From assembly GCA_044229815.1 (NCBI GenBank), contig JBGASI010000005.1, positions 1 to 34,142 of the forward strand: a stretch of 34,142 nucleotides of DNA, in the 5' to 3' direction. Below, piece after piece: positions 19,460 through 28,242 of this stretch. A model generated the notes under the pieces. That model worked only from the letters and a program-made list of their open reading frames with translations. It was not told the origin of the DNA and did not search any database. The translations under genes were made by a program, and so were the position numbers. This DNA comes from Vicinamibacteria bacterium (GTDB lineage: Bacteria > Acidobacteriota > Vicinamibacteria > Fen-336). How positions within the stretch are numbered: the stretch's first letter is position 1; each line of letters begins with the position of its first letter.

Positions 19460-22423
19460 ATGGCTCGACGGCTCGCTTTGTCTGTCGCCTCGCTCATTCT
19501 GGTCGGCTCGCTCGCGGCCGCACAGGACCCGGCCACCGCGGTGCTGGTCGGCCGGGTGACCGACCCGTCCGGCGCGGCGGTCGTCGGCGCCCGCGTCAGG
19601 GCCGTCCGCGAGGGAACGGGGCTCGGACGGGAGGGCACGACGGACGCCGCCGGAAGCTACGTCCTGTCGAGCCTCGCCCCGAGCGCCTACTCGGTCGCAG
19701 TCGAGGCGAGCGGCTTCGCTTCGAAGACGTTCCAGCAGGTGAGGCTCGAGGTGGGCCGGCGCGTGACGCTCGACGCGACCCTCGCCGTGAGCGGCGGCTC
19801 CGAGGCCGTCACGGTCGAGGAACGCGCCGCGGCGCTCGACACGACATCCTCGCTCGTGGGCGACGTGCTCTCCTCCGCCGCGATCGACAACCTCCCCCTG
19901 AACGGCCGGAACTTCCTGGAGCTCGCCTTCCTCGTGCCGGGCAACGCGCCCGCCCCGGGCTTCGACCCGACCAAGTCGAACAGCGTGGCGATCTCCTCGG
20001 CGGGCCAGCTCGGCCGCGGCGGCAACGTCACGATCGACGGCCAGGACAACAACGACGACGTGGTCGGCGGACCGCTCGCCAACCTGCCCCAGGACGCCGT
20101 GCAGGAGTTCCAGATCGCCACCAACCGCTTCTCGGCGGAGCAGGGCCGCTCAGCAGCCTCGGCGGTGAATGTCGTGACGAAGACGGGCACGGACGTCCTG
20201 CGCGGCACGGCCTCCGCCTTCGTGCGCGACGACCGGCTGCAGGGGCTGCCGGCCACCTTCGACCGGACGCAGGAAGACAAGCCGACCTTCAGCCGAGGGC
20301 AGTACTCGGCCACGCTGGGCGGGCCGCTCGTGCGCGGCAAGGCCTGGTGGTTCGGTGCTGTCGAGTACCGCGACCAGGACGCGGTCGTCCAGGTGGGCCA
20401 GCGCGACAGCGCGACGCGGAGCATCCGGCGCAGTTTCGCGCCCGCCCCGCTGCGCGACCTGCTGGCCACGGGACGCGTCGACGCCCAGCTCACGCCGCGC
20501 GACAACCTGGGCCTGCGCTACTCGTTCGAGGACGCGCAGGACACCGGCGCCAGCACGCTCGACCGCGCGATCGGCTCGGTCAGCCAGCGCCAGAAGAGCG
20601 AAAACACCTACCACCTCGGCCTGCTGAGCTGGACGCGCAGCGTGTCGTCGAGCGCCATCAACTCGCTCCGCGCGAGCTACAGCAGCTACGAGAACTCGAT
20701 CGCGCCGCTGACGCCCGGCCGCCAGCTCACCTTCCCCAGCATCCAGGACGGCGCCAGCTTCCGCGTGCCGCAGGGCACGTCCCAGCAGCGCTTCCAGGCG
20801 AGCAACGCCTTCGCGTTCGTGAGGGGCAACCACGGCCTGAAGCTGGGCGTCGAGGTCTCGCGAACCAACGGGAAGTTCGACCTGGGCGTCTTCCGCGACG
20901 GCCGCGTGGAGCTCGTCCAGGACTTCCCGGCGTTCGACCTCAACCGCGACGGCCGGGTCGACGACGAGGACCTGCTGTTCGCGGTGACGCTGCGCAGCGG
21001 CAAGCCGGACCAGGACCTCGTCCTCGACGACTGCAACAGCACGTACCTCGCGGCCTTCGTGCAGGACGACTGGCGCGTCACACCGCAGCTGACGCTGAAC
21101 GTGGGCCTGCGCTGGGAGATGGACACCGACGTCAAGAACGTCTCGGGCTACGGCGAGATCAACCCGCTGGTGAAGCCGTTCCTCCAGGGCGACCGCAAGC
21201 GCGACGCCGACAACTTCGGCCCCCGTGTGGGCTTTGCCTGGACCAACAGGGCCGGCTCGTTCCAGCTCCACGGCGGCTACGGCATCTACTACGACCGCGT
21301 GACGCTCGAGCTCCTGTCGCTCGAGCGCGGGCTCGACGGCCGTGCCCTGCCGGTCGAGGTGCGGGCCGGCAACGCGTTCTTCCTCGACCCCGCGACCGGC
21401 ACGGTGCCGCCCTTCGCGCCCAGCTTCAGCAACCCGTTCACCGGCTTCATCCTGCCCGGCGCCGGCGCCTCCGGCATCAACATCATCGACAACCGCCTCG
21501 AGAACCCGAGCGTCCAGCAGTGGAACCTCGGCACGCAGCTGCGGCTGCCTTGGCAGGGCGTGCTGCGCCTCGACCTCGTCCACAATCGCGGGACCCACTT
21601 CATCATCGGCCGGCCGATCGGCGAGGTCATGAACCCGGTGGTCGGCGGACCCGATCGCGTGGTGAACCTCGAGTCCAGCGTCGGCACCCGCTACGACGGG
21701 CTGTTCGCGACTCTCGAGAAGCGCTGGAGCCGGGGCCAGCTGCTCCGCCTCTCCTACACCCTGTCGCGGGCCCGGAACTACGCGAACGACGACCAGATCC
21801 CGTTTGGCGCGGGTCCCGTCGATCCCAATGACCTGGAGCGGGAGTACGGCCCGACACCGAACGACCAGCGGCACAGGGTGGTTCTCTCGGGATCGCTGCT
21901 GCTGCCCTTGGCGCTGCGGCTGTCGCCGATCTGGACGATCGCCTCCGGTGTGCCGATGGACATCCTCATGCCGGACGCCTCGACCCGGGTCCCGACGCTG
22001 TCGCGCAACGCGGGCGGGCGGCAGTTCAAGGCCGCCGCCGCGCTCAACGCCTACCTCGCGCAGCGCAACGCCGCTGGCGGGATCGACGGCGTGCTGCTGC
22101 CGCTCGTCTCGAACGACGCGCGCTTCAACGACGGCTTCGACTCGCTCGACCTGCGCCTGTCCCGCTCGTTCGCGCTCTCCTCCCGCGCGCGACTCGAGGC
22201 GATCGTCGAGTGCTTCAACGTCCTGAACGTGGCGAACATCCTCGGCGTCTCGAAGTCCAACTACTCCGGCTTCTCGAACGTGCTGGTGCGGGACAGCGCC
22301 GAGCCGAGCGACCCCGGCTACCTGCGCTCGTCCTCGTTCGGCCGCGCGCTCACGACGGCGGGCGGCGTCTTCGGGTCGGGCGGCCCGCGGGCCTTCCAGT
22401 TCGGGCTGAGGCTGCAGTTCTGA
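19460..22423 (+). CDS. TonB-dependent receptor (Oar-like, N-terminal carboxypeptidase-regulatory-like domain)
   Basis: GGAGGAG SD; signal peptide; GRVTDPSGAAVVGA, LPLNGRNFLELA, DAVQEF, FVQDDWRV..LTLNVGLRWE, NFGPRVGFAW; C-terminal PRAFQFGLRLQF with terminal Phe. Confidence 0.93.
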   Translation: MARRLALSVASLILVGSLAAAQDPATAVLVGRVTDPSGAAVVGARVRAVREGTGLGREGTTDAAGSYVLSSLAPSAYSVAVEASGFASKTFQQVRLEVGRRVTLDATLAVSGGSEAVTVEERAAALDTTSSLVGDVLSSAAIDNLPLNGRNFLELAFLVPGNAPAPGFDPTKSNSVAISSAGQLGRGGNVTIDGQDNNDDVVGGPLANLPQDAVQEFQIATNRFSAEQGRSAASAVNVVTKTGTDVLRGTASAFVRDDRLQGLPATFDRTQEDKPTFSRGQYSATLGGPLVRGKAWWFGAVEYRDQDAVVQVGQRDSATRSIRRSFAPAPLRDLLATGRVDAQLTPRDNLGLRYSFEDAQDTGASTLDRAIGSVSQRQKSENTYHLGLLSWTRSVSSSAINSLRASYSSYENSIAPLTPGRQLTFPSIQDGASFRVPQGTSQQRFQASNAFAFVRGNHGLKLGVEVSRTNGKFDLGVFRDGRVELVQDFPAFDLNRDGRVDDEDLLFAVTLRSGKPDQDLVLDDCNSTYLAAFVQDDWRVTPQLTLNVGLRWEMDTDVKNVSGYGEINPLVKPFLQGDRKRDADNFGPRVGFAWTNRAGSFQLHGGYGIYYDRVTLELLSLERGLDGRALPVEVRAGNAFFLDPATGTVPPFAPSFSNPFTGFILPGAGASGINIIDNRLENPSVQQWNLGTQLRLPWQGVLRLDLVHNRGTHFIIGRPIGEVMNPVVGGPDRVVNLESSVGTRYDGLFATLEKRWSRGQLLRLSYTLSRARNYANDDQIPFGAGPVDPNDLEREYGPTPNDQRHRVVLSGSLLLPLALRLSPIWTIASGVPMDILMPDASTRVPTLSRNAGGRQFKAAAALNAYLAQRNAAGGIDGVLLPLVSNDARFNDGFDSLDLRLSRSFALSSRARLEAIVECFNVLNVANILGVSKSNYSGFSNVLVRDSAEPSDPGYLRSSSFGRALTTAGGVFGSGGPRAFQFGLRLQF

Positions 22424-23739
22424 GCTTACGGCCCACGCTCGAGCTGCAGCGGCGGATCTCGCTGCCCGCCGCGACCGGCCTCGTCGTGGGAGGGACGATC
22501 GGGGTCGGGATCTTCCTGACCCCGGCCGGCATGGCACGCTCGCTCGCGTCGCCCGCCTGGCTGCTGCTCGTCTGGCTGTTCATGGGGGGCGCCGCGCTGT
22601 GAGGCGCCCTGTTCTTCGGTGAGCTGGCGGCGCGCTTCCCGCTGGCGGGCGGCGGCTACGTCTACCTGCGCGAGGCGTACGGTCCGCTGCCGGCGTTCCT
22701 CTACGGCTGGAAGTGCCTGCTCGTCATGGACCCCGGCCTGACCGCCGCGCTCGCCACCGGCTTCGGCGCCTACGCGCAGGCCGCAGCACCGGGGCTTTCG
22801 CCCAAGGCCGCCGCGCTCGTGGCGATCGTCGCGGTGGCGGCGGCGAACGTGGCCGGCGTGCGCCTCGCCGCCGGCATCGGCCATGCGCTGGCGCTCCTGA
22901 AGATCGGCCTGCTGGTGGCGCTCGTCGTCTGGGGAGCGTCCGCCTCGGCGGGAGACGCGTCGCACTTCCTGCCGTTCGTCGAGCGCCGCGCGGGCGCGCC
23001 ACCGCTGTTCCCCGCCCTGGCCGGCGCTGTCGTTTCGGCGTTCTTCTCGTTCGGCGGCTGGTGGGAGGCGAGCAAGCTCGCCGGTGAGGTCCGCGACCCG
23101 CAACGAACCGTGCCCCGGGCGCTCACCCTGGGCGTCGTCACGGTGACGCTGCTCTACGTCGCGGTGAGCGCCATGTTCGTGCGGCTGGTGCCGATCGAGG
23201 CGGTCTCGTCGAGCGAGGCCTTCGCGGCGCAGGCCGGGGCGGCGCTCTTCGGGGCCGCGGGCGGGCGCATCCTCTCGGCCCTGGTGGCCCTCTTCGTGCT
23301 CGGCAGCCTGTTCGCCTTCATGACGATGGCCCCGCGTGTCTACTACGCGATGGCGCGCGACGGCGCGGTACCGGCCTTCGTCGGCCGCCTCGATCCCCGC
23401 ACGGGCGCCCCGGCGCGCGCCGTGCTGGTCCAGGCGGCGCTCGCCGCGCTGCTCGTGGCCCTGGGGAGCTTCGACGCGATCGTGGCGTACTTCGTGTTCG
23501 TGACGGTCGGGTTCCTGGCCCTCACCGTCCTCGGCCTCGTCCGACTGCGCCGCCGAACGCCGTCGGCCGCCTATGCGACGCCCTTCTATCCCCTCACGCC
23601 GCTGCTCTTCCTCACCAGCGTGGCTCTAGTGCTCGTGCTGCTCGCGGGCGGGCGGCCGCGGGAGGCGGCGCTCGGCGTGGCCGTCGTGGCGCTGGGCGTG
23701 CCGGTCTACTTCCTCTTCGCGCGCCGGGGGCCGGCGTGA
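22420..23739 (+). CDS. APC-family amino-acid permease with in-frame TGA at codon 61 (candidate selenoprotein; alternatively a pseudogene)
   Basis: One continuous frame: SLRPTLELQRRISLPAATGLVVGGTIGVGIF...MGGAAL-TGA(22600-22602)-GALFFGELAARFPLAGGGYVYLREAYG...FSFGGW...GEVRDPQRTVPRA...PRVYYAMARDG. The only plausible start is CTG 22420, which overlaps the receptor stop and has GAGG upstream. 439 aa. Confidence 0.8.
22605..22629 (+). promoter_or_regulatory. Weak candidate bacterial SECIS hairpin of the permease
   Basis: CGCC-CU-GUUC[UUCGGU]GAGC-U-GGCG. The loop contains GGU (a GGT codon, uncommon here), but it begins only 13 nt after UGA and the stem is short. Confidence 0.35.
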
Positions 23740-23741
23740 GC

Positions 23742-24989
23742 TCAGCGCTTCGGCGTCCCGAGGTCGTACACGGTGGTCGCGGGCTGGTAGGCCTTCCAGT
23801 CGAACCAGTACTCCTTGAGGGCCTTGACCTTGGTGAGCTGGCGCCCGGCCAGCGGACCGGCGACCGCGCGGCCGGCGAAGTCCCACTCGCTCCCGGTCTC
23901 GGCGTCGACCAGCGGCAGCGGCGACGGGCCGGCCCGCGCCAGCAACTCGAGCCTGCGGCCATCGACGCGGCGGTCGAACACGCGGATCGACTTCCCGTCC
24001 GGGCCGACCACGAGCACGATCGGGACGGCGCCGACCACGTCCACGACCGGGCTCTGCCCGCGCAGCAGCGGGAAGGGGTAGGCCTTCGATCGGCCGTTCA
24101 GCGTGACACCGACCACCACGGCGCGCGGCTCCAGCGGGTCGCCCTTGACCCGCCGGGTCACGGTCTCGACCTTCTTCATCCGCCGCTCCCAGTTCGACGG
24201 GGCGTAGTCCTCCTGCCTCCCGGCCACCGGCTTCAGGACGCGGCCGCCCGGGCGCTCGGCCTTCCAGACCCCGAACGCCACCTCGTCGTGGACGACACCG
24301 GCGAGCCGACGCCCCTCGAGCGGTCCCTGGATCGCCTCACCGCTCACCTGCTGCCACCAGGAGCCGGTCTGCTCGTCGCGCATGATGAAGTTCTGGTTGT
24401 TGATCCCGAACAGGCGGAAGTCCAGCGCCTGTCCGTCGATCGTCCGCTCCCAGACCAGGGCGGTATGGCACAGCGTTCAATAGGTGCTGACGAGCGGCGT
24501 GCCTCCGACGCTGTCCTGGACCAGGTGGTGGTACGCCATCTGCCGCACGGGCCACGCCACCGCTTCGCCGGCGAGCTCGACGGCCACCACCATGTCCGCG
24601 TCGCCGACGAAGTCGACGCGGCTCGCGCGCTCGTACTCGGCCTTCGGGACGGGGTTGAACATCCACTCGAAGTGGTTCTGCCGCGCGAACCAGGCGGACG
24701 CAGCGGCGGCGAGCGCGAGCGCGCTGATCGGCAGCCACTGCCGGCGCCGCGCGACGCCGTGCCACAGGCGGACCAGCAGCGGCAGGAGCAGGAGGAGCGC
24801 GGCCAGAGTCGCCAGCGGGGCGCTGCGCCTCAGCTCGTAGGCGAGAGAGACGCCCGTCGGGCTCTGCGCGCGAAAGGGATGGAGCAGGACGACTGGCACC
24901 AGGACCCAGGCGGCCCCGCCCGCGACGAGCAGGGTCGCGAGCGCCCACGCCGTCCGCCGATCGTCCCGCAGCTGCCGCAGGTTCTGCAC
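23742..24989 (-). CDS. Membrane-anchored DUF3179-domain selenoprotein (UxxC, Sec at codon 171)
   Basis: GTG 24989 with GAGGTG SD. Track ORFs 24477..25106 and 23742..24383 are in the same frame: DSVGGTPLVSTY-TGA-TLCHTALVW...NFIMRDEQTGSWWQQVSGEAIQGPL. DUF3179 proteins have TYCxxC at this position. 415 aa. Confidence 0.88.
24444..24463 (-). promoter_or_regulatory. Bacterial SECIS-like hairpin of the DUF3179 gene
   Basis: mRNA +14..+33 after UGA: CCGCCC[UGGUCU]GGGAGCGG. The loop resembles the AGGUCU apical loop of the E. coli fdhF SECIS. Confidence 0.7.
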
Positions 24990-25053
24990 GTGAGTCACCT
25001 CGCTGGTGAGAGAGAGCCGGACGAGTCTATGACGCTTTTCGCTGGAGGAGCAC

Positions 25054-25614
25054 ATGGCCTGGATCAAGACCATCCCGTTCACCGAGGCTGACGAGACGCT
25101 GCGCAAGGCGCTCGAGGCGCAGCACGCCCTCTACCCGAAGGAGTACGCGCGCGACCCTGGCGACGACGGCAGCGAGAGCATCGTGGCCACCCACACGCTC
25201 ATCCCCTCGGCGCTGCACCACGCCTTCGCCACCCTCGGCTCGCTCCTCTCGCCCGAGCTGCCGCTGAGCCGTCGCCAGCACGAGATGATCACGACGCGCG
25301 TCTCGGCCGTGAACCGGTGCCACTATTGACTGGACTCTCACGCAGAGTTTCTGCGTGCCGTGACGCTCGACGAGACGTTCGTCCAGTCACTGGTCGAGGA
25401 CTACGAGAACGCGCCGCTGTCGGAGGCGGACCGGGCCATGCTCGACTACGCGACGAAGCTGACCCGCAACGCGACGCGGGTCACCCGCGCGGACCACGAG
25501 CGGCTGCGCGCGGCGGGCTTCGACGACCGGGGGATCCTGCAGATCACGCTGATCGCTGCGTGGTTCAACTACATCAACCGCGTCGCGGACGCGCTGGGGG
25601 TGGGACGGGAGTAG
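25054..25614 (+). CDS. AhpD/carboxymuconolactone-decarboxylase-like peroxidase-related selenoprotein (CxxU, Sec at codon 92)
   Basis: GGAGGAG SD. Track ORFs 25054..25329 and 25360..25614 are in frame: [33 protein letters not shown]...[15 protein letters not shown], matching the family C-x-Y-C-xxx-H motif. 186 aa. Confidence 0.9.
25339..25357 (+). promoter_or_regulatory. Bacterial SECIS-like hairpin of the AhpD-like gene
   Basis: CACGCAGA[GUU]UCUGCGUG, a perfect 7-8 bp stem starting +10 after UGA with G in the loop. It is built from A/T-ending codons (TCT, GCA, TTT, CGT) that are atypical of this window. Confidence 0.75.
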
Positions 25615-25659
25615 GCCTCGTGGCGGCGGGCCGCGCTGGCGCAGCTCGCGGGGCGGGGG

Positions 25660-25677
25660 TATAACGCGCGCGGAGGT
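25660..25677 (+). promoter_or_regulatory. Putative -10 (TATAAC) and SD (GGAGG) of the M14 peptidase gene
   Basis: Isolated AT-rich hexamer TATAAC at 25660-25665, then GGAGG, before ATG 25683. Confidence 0.45.
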
Positions 25678-25682
25678 TCGCC

Positions 25683-28220
25683 ATGACCCGCCAGCCGCGC
25701 ACTCTCGCCCTCGCTGCCAGCGTGACGGTCCTGTTCGGGGCCGCCGCGTCCGCGTTCGCGGCCGCGATCCCCTCGCCCTCGGAGTTCCTGGGGCTCCAGG
25801 TCGGCGCCGACCGCACGGTCGCCGACTACCGGCAGGTCCGCCAGTACTTCGACGCGCTGGCGGCGGCTTCGCCGCGCGTCGACGTGGAGGTCCTCGGCAA
25901 GACGACGCTGGGCGAGGAGCTGTTCATGGCGGTCGTCTCCTCGCAGCGCAACCTGGAGAACCGCAAGCGGTTGCAGCAGATCGCGCGGCGGCTGGCCGAT
26001 CCGCGCGGGCTCACGCCCGCCGAGGCCGACGCGCTCGTGGCCGAGGGCAAGGTGTTCCTGCTCGTCACCTGCAACATCCACTCGACCGAGATCGGCGCCT
26101 CGCAGATGGCGATGGAGTGGGCGCACGCGCTGGCGGTGGCCCAGGACGAGACGACCCGCCGGCGGCTCGACGACGTGGTGCTGCTGCTGCTGCCGTCGAT
26201 CAACCCCGACGGCCAGATCATGGAGACCGAGTGGTACCGCAAGAACCTCGGCACGAAGTACGAGGGCGGGCGCATGCCATGGCTGTACCACCACTACACG
26301 GGCCACGACGACAACCGCGACTGGTTCATGCTGACGCAGAAGGAGACGCAGGCCGTCTCGCGGATGGTCTACCACGACTGGCTGCCGCAGGTCTGGCTCG
26401 ACGAGCACCAGATGGGGGCGAGCGGGCCGCGCATGTTCGTGCCGCCGTACTCGGAGCCGGTCGACCCCGACATCCACCCGCTCGTCTGGCGCGACGTCAA
26501 CCTGATCGGCGCCAACATGGCGTTCCGCCTGGAGCAGGCGAGGAAGACGGGGGTCATCTACGGCTACGTGTTCGACGCCTACTGGCCGGGCGGGACGAAG
26601 AACACGGCGTGGTGGAAGAACGTCTCGGGACTGCTGACGGAGGTGGCCTCGGCGCGCTTCGCGACGCCCGTCCGCGTCGAGCCGGGCGAGCTCTCCGGCG
26701 GAGGCAAGGGCCTCGTCGACTACGGCCCGCAGACGAACTTCCCGAGCCCGTGGCCGGGCGGCGTGTGGCGCATGCGCGACGTGATGGACTACGAGCGCAT
26801 CGCCTCGGACGCGATCCTGGAGACCTGCTCGGAGCGGCGGGCCGACTTCCTGAGGAACGCGCTGGTGCGCGCGCAGGACGCGATCGCGAGCTTCGGCCCC
26901 CGCGACGCCTACAGGATCCCGGCGCTGCAGCACGACCGGGCGGGCGCCCAGCGCCTGGCGGCGCTGCTGCTCGAGCACGGCGTCGAGCTGATGGCCGCCG
27001 CGAACGGCGACGTCTGGGCGCCGCTCGCGCAGCCGTACGGCCGCTTCGTGAACGAGATGCTCTCCCTGCAGCGCTACCCCGAGATCAAGCTGGTGCCGGG
27101 CAAGGAGGTGGTGCGCCCCTACGACGTCTCGGCCTGGTCGCTGCCCCTGATGATGGGCGTGACGGCCGAGCGAGCCACGCTGCCGGACGGCCTCGTGCCG
27201 TGGACGCCGGCGGCCCCGGCCCTCCCGGCCGGGTCGTCCGCCATGGCGCTCGAGCCGGAGGGCCCCGAGACGGCGCGCCTGGTGAACGCCGGCCTGCGCG
27301 GCGGCAGCGCCCGCATCGCGCGCGCGCCGCTCGCGCTCGCGGGGCGCGAGTGGCCGGCCGGCACCGTGTTCCTCGACCCGGCCGGCGCGCGGGCGGCGGC
27401 GGCGAAGGCGGTCGCGGGCCAGTCGTGGACGGCCGTCCCGGGCCTGCCGGACGCGGCTGAGCCGCTGCGCGCGCCGCGGGTCGGCCTCTACAAGCCGTGG
27501 GCCGCCTCGATGGACGAGGGCTGGACCCGCTTCGTGCTGGAGCAGTACGGCTTCGAGCCGAAGCCTCTCGACAACAGGGCGATCCGCGCGGGAGGCCTGA
27601 ACGCGGCCTTCGACGTGGTGGTGCTGCCGGACGTCCCGAAGGAGGTGATCGGGACCGGCAAGCCCAAGCGCGACGAGGGGGCGATGCGTTACTACCCCGA
27701 GCTGCCGGCCGAGTACGCGGGCGGGCTCGAGAAGGAGGGCGCCGCGGCGCTCAAGGACTTCGTGGAGAAGGGCGGCACGATCGTGGCGCTCTCGTCCTCC
27801 GCCGACTACGTGATCGACGAGCTGGCGCTGCCCGTGCGCGGCGGCGTGCCGCGCGGCTCCGACTTCGCGGTCGCCGGCTCGCTGCTGCGCGCGCGCGTCG
27901 TCGCGGGCCACCCGGTAACCTACGGCCTGCCACGCGAGGTCGCGCTCTTCCAGGACGAGCCGGTGGCCTTCGACACGGTCCTGCCCGGTCCCGACATGGA
28001 ACGCTGGGTGCTCGCGAGCTACCCCGAGGCCGCCGCCGACGTGCTGCTCTCCGGCTGGGCGCGCGGCACCGAGGCCGTGACGCGCAAGGCGGCGGCGGTC
28101 GCGCTCACCTTCGGCAAGGGTCGCGTGGTGCTGCTCGGCTTCCGCGCGCAGCACCGCGCGCAGACACCGGGCACCTTCCCGTTCCTCTTCAACGCCCTCT
28201 ACTGGTCGACGGCGAGATAG
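25683..28220 (+). CDS. M14 zinc carboxypeptidase-family protein, exported, with C-terminal GATase-like domain
   Basis: Signal peptide; NIHSTE (HxxE), SINPDG, DDNRDW, LDEHQMG; C-terminal SMDEGWTRFVLEQ and FVEKGGTIV. Confidence 0.9.
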   Translation: MTRQPRTLALAASVTVLFGAAASAFAAAIPSPSEFLGLQVGADRTVADYRQVRQYFDALAAASPRVDVEVLGKTTLGEELFMAVVSSQRNLENRKRLQQIARRLADPRGLTPAEADALVAEGKVFLLVTCNIHSTEIGASQMAMEWAHALAVAQDETTRRRLDDVVLLLLPSINPDGQIMETEWYRKNLGTKYEGGRMPWLYHHYTGHDDNRDWFMLTQKETQAVSRMVYHDWLPQVWLDEHQMGASGPRMFVPPYSEPVDPDIHPLVWRDVNLIGANMAFRLEQARKTGVIYGYVFDAYWPGGTKNTAWWKNVSGLLTEVASARFATPVRVEPGELSGGGKGLVDYGPQTNFPSPWPGGVWRMRDVMDYERIASDAILETCSERRADFLRNALVRAQDAIASFGPRDAYRIPALQHDRAGAQRLAALLLEHGVELMAAANGDVWAPLAQPYGRFVNEMLSLQRYPEIKLVPGKEVVRPYDVSAWSLPLMMGVTAERATLPDGLVPWTPAAPALPAGSSAMALEPEGPETARLVNAGLRGGSARIARAPLALAGREWPAGTVFLDPAGARAAAAKAVAGQSWTAVPGLPDAAEPLRAPRVGLYKPWAASMDEGWTRFVLEQYGFEPKPLDNRAIRAGGLNAAFDVVVLPDVPKEVIGTGKPKRDEGAMRYYPELPAEYAGGLEKEGAAALKDFVEKGGTIVALSSSADYVIDELALPVRGGVPRGSDFAVAGSLLRARVVAGHPVTYGLPREVALFQDEPVAFDTVLPGPDMERWVLASYPEAAADVLLSGWARGTEAVTRKAAAVALTFGKGRVVLLGFRAQHRAQTPGTFPFLFNALYWSTAR

Positions 28221-28242
28221 GACGGCACTGCGGGCTCAGGGC

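Noticed and set aside
25360-25614. Separate 84-aa gene, and likewise the downstream fragments 22726..23739 and 23742..24383
   Set aside because: Each is in frame with its upstream fragment, and family similarity runs across the single TGA.
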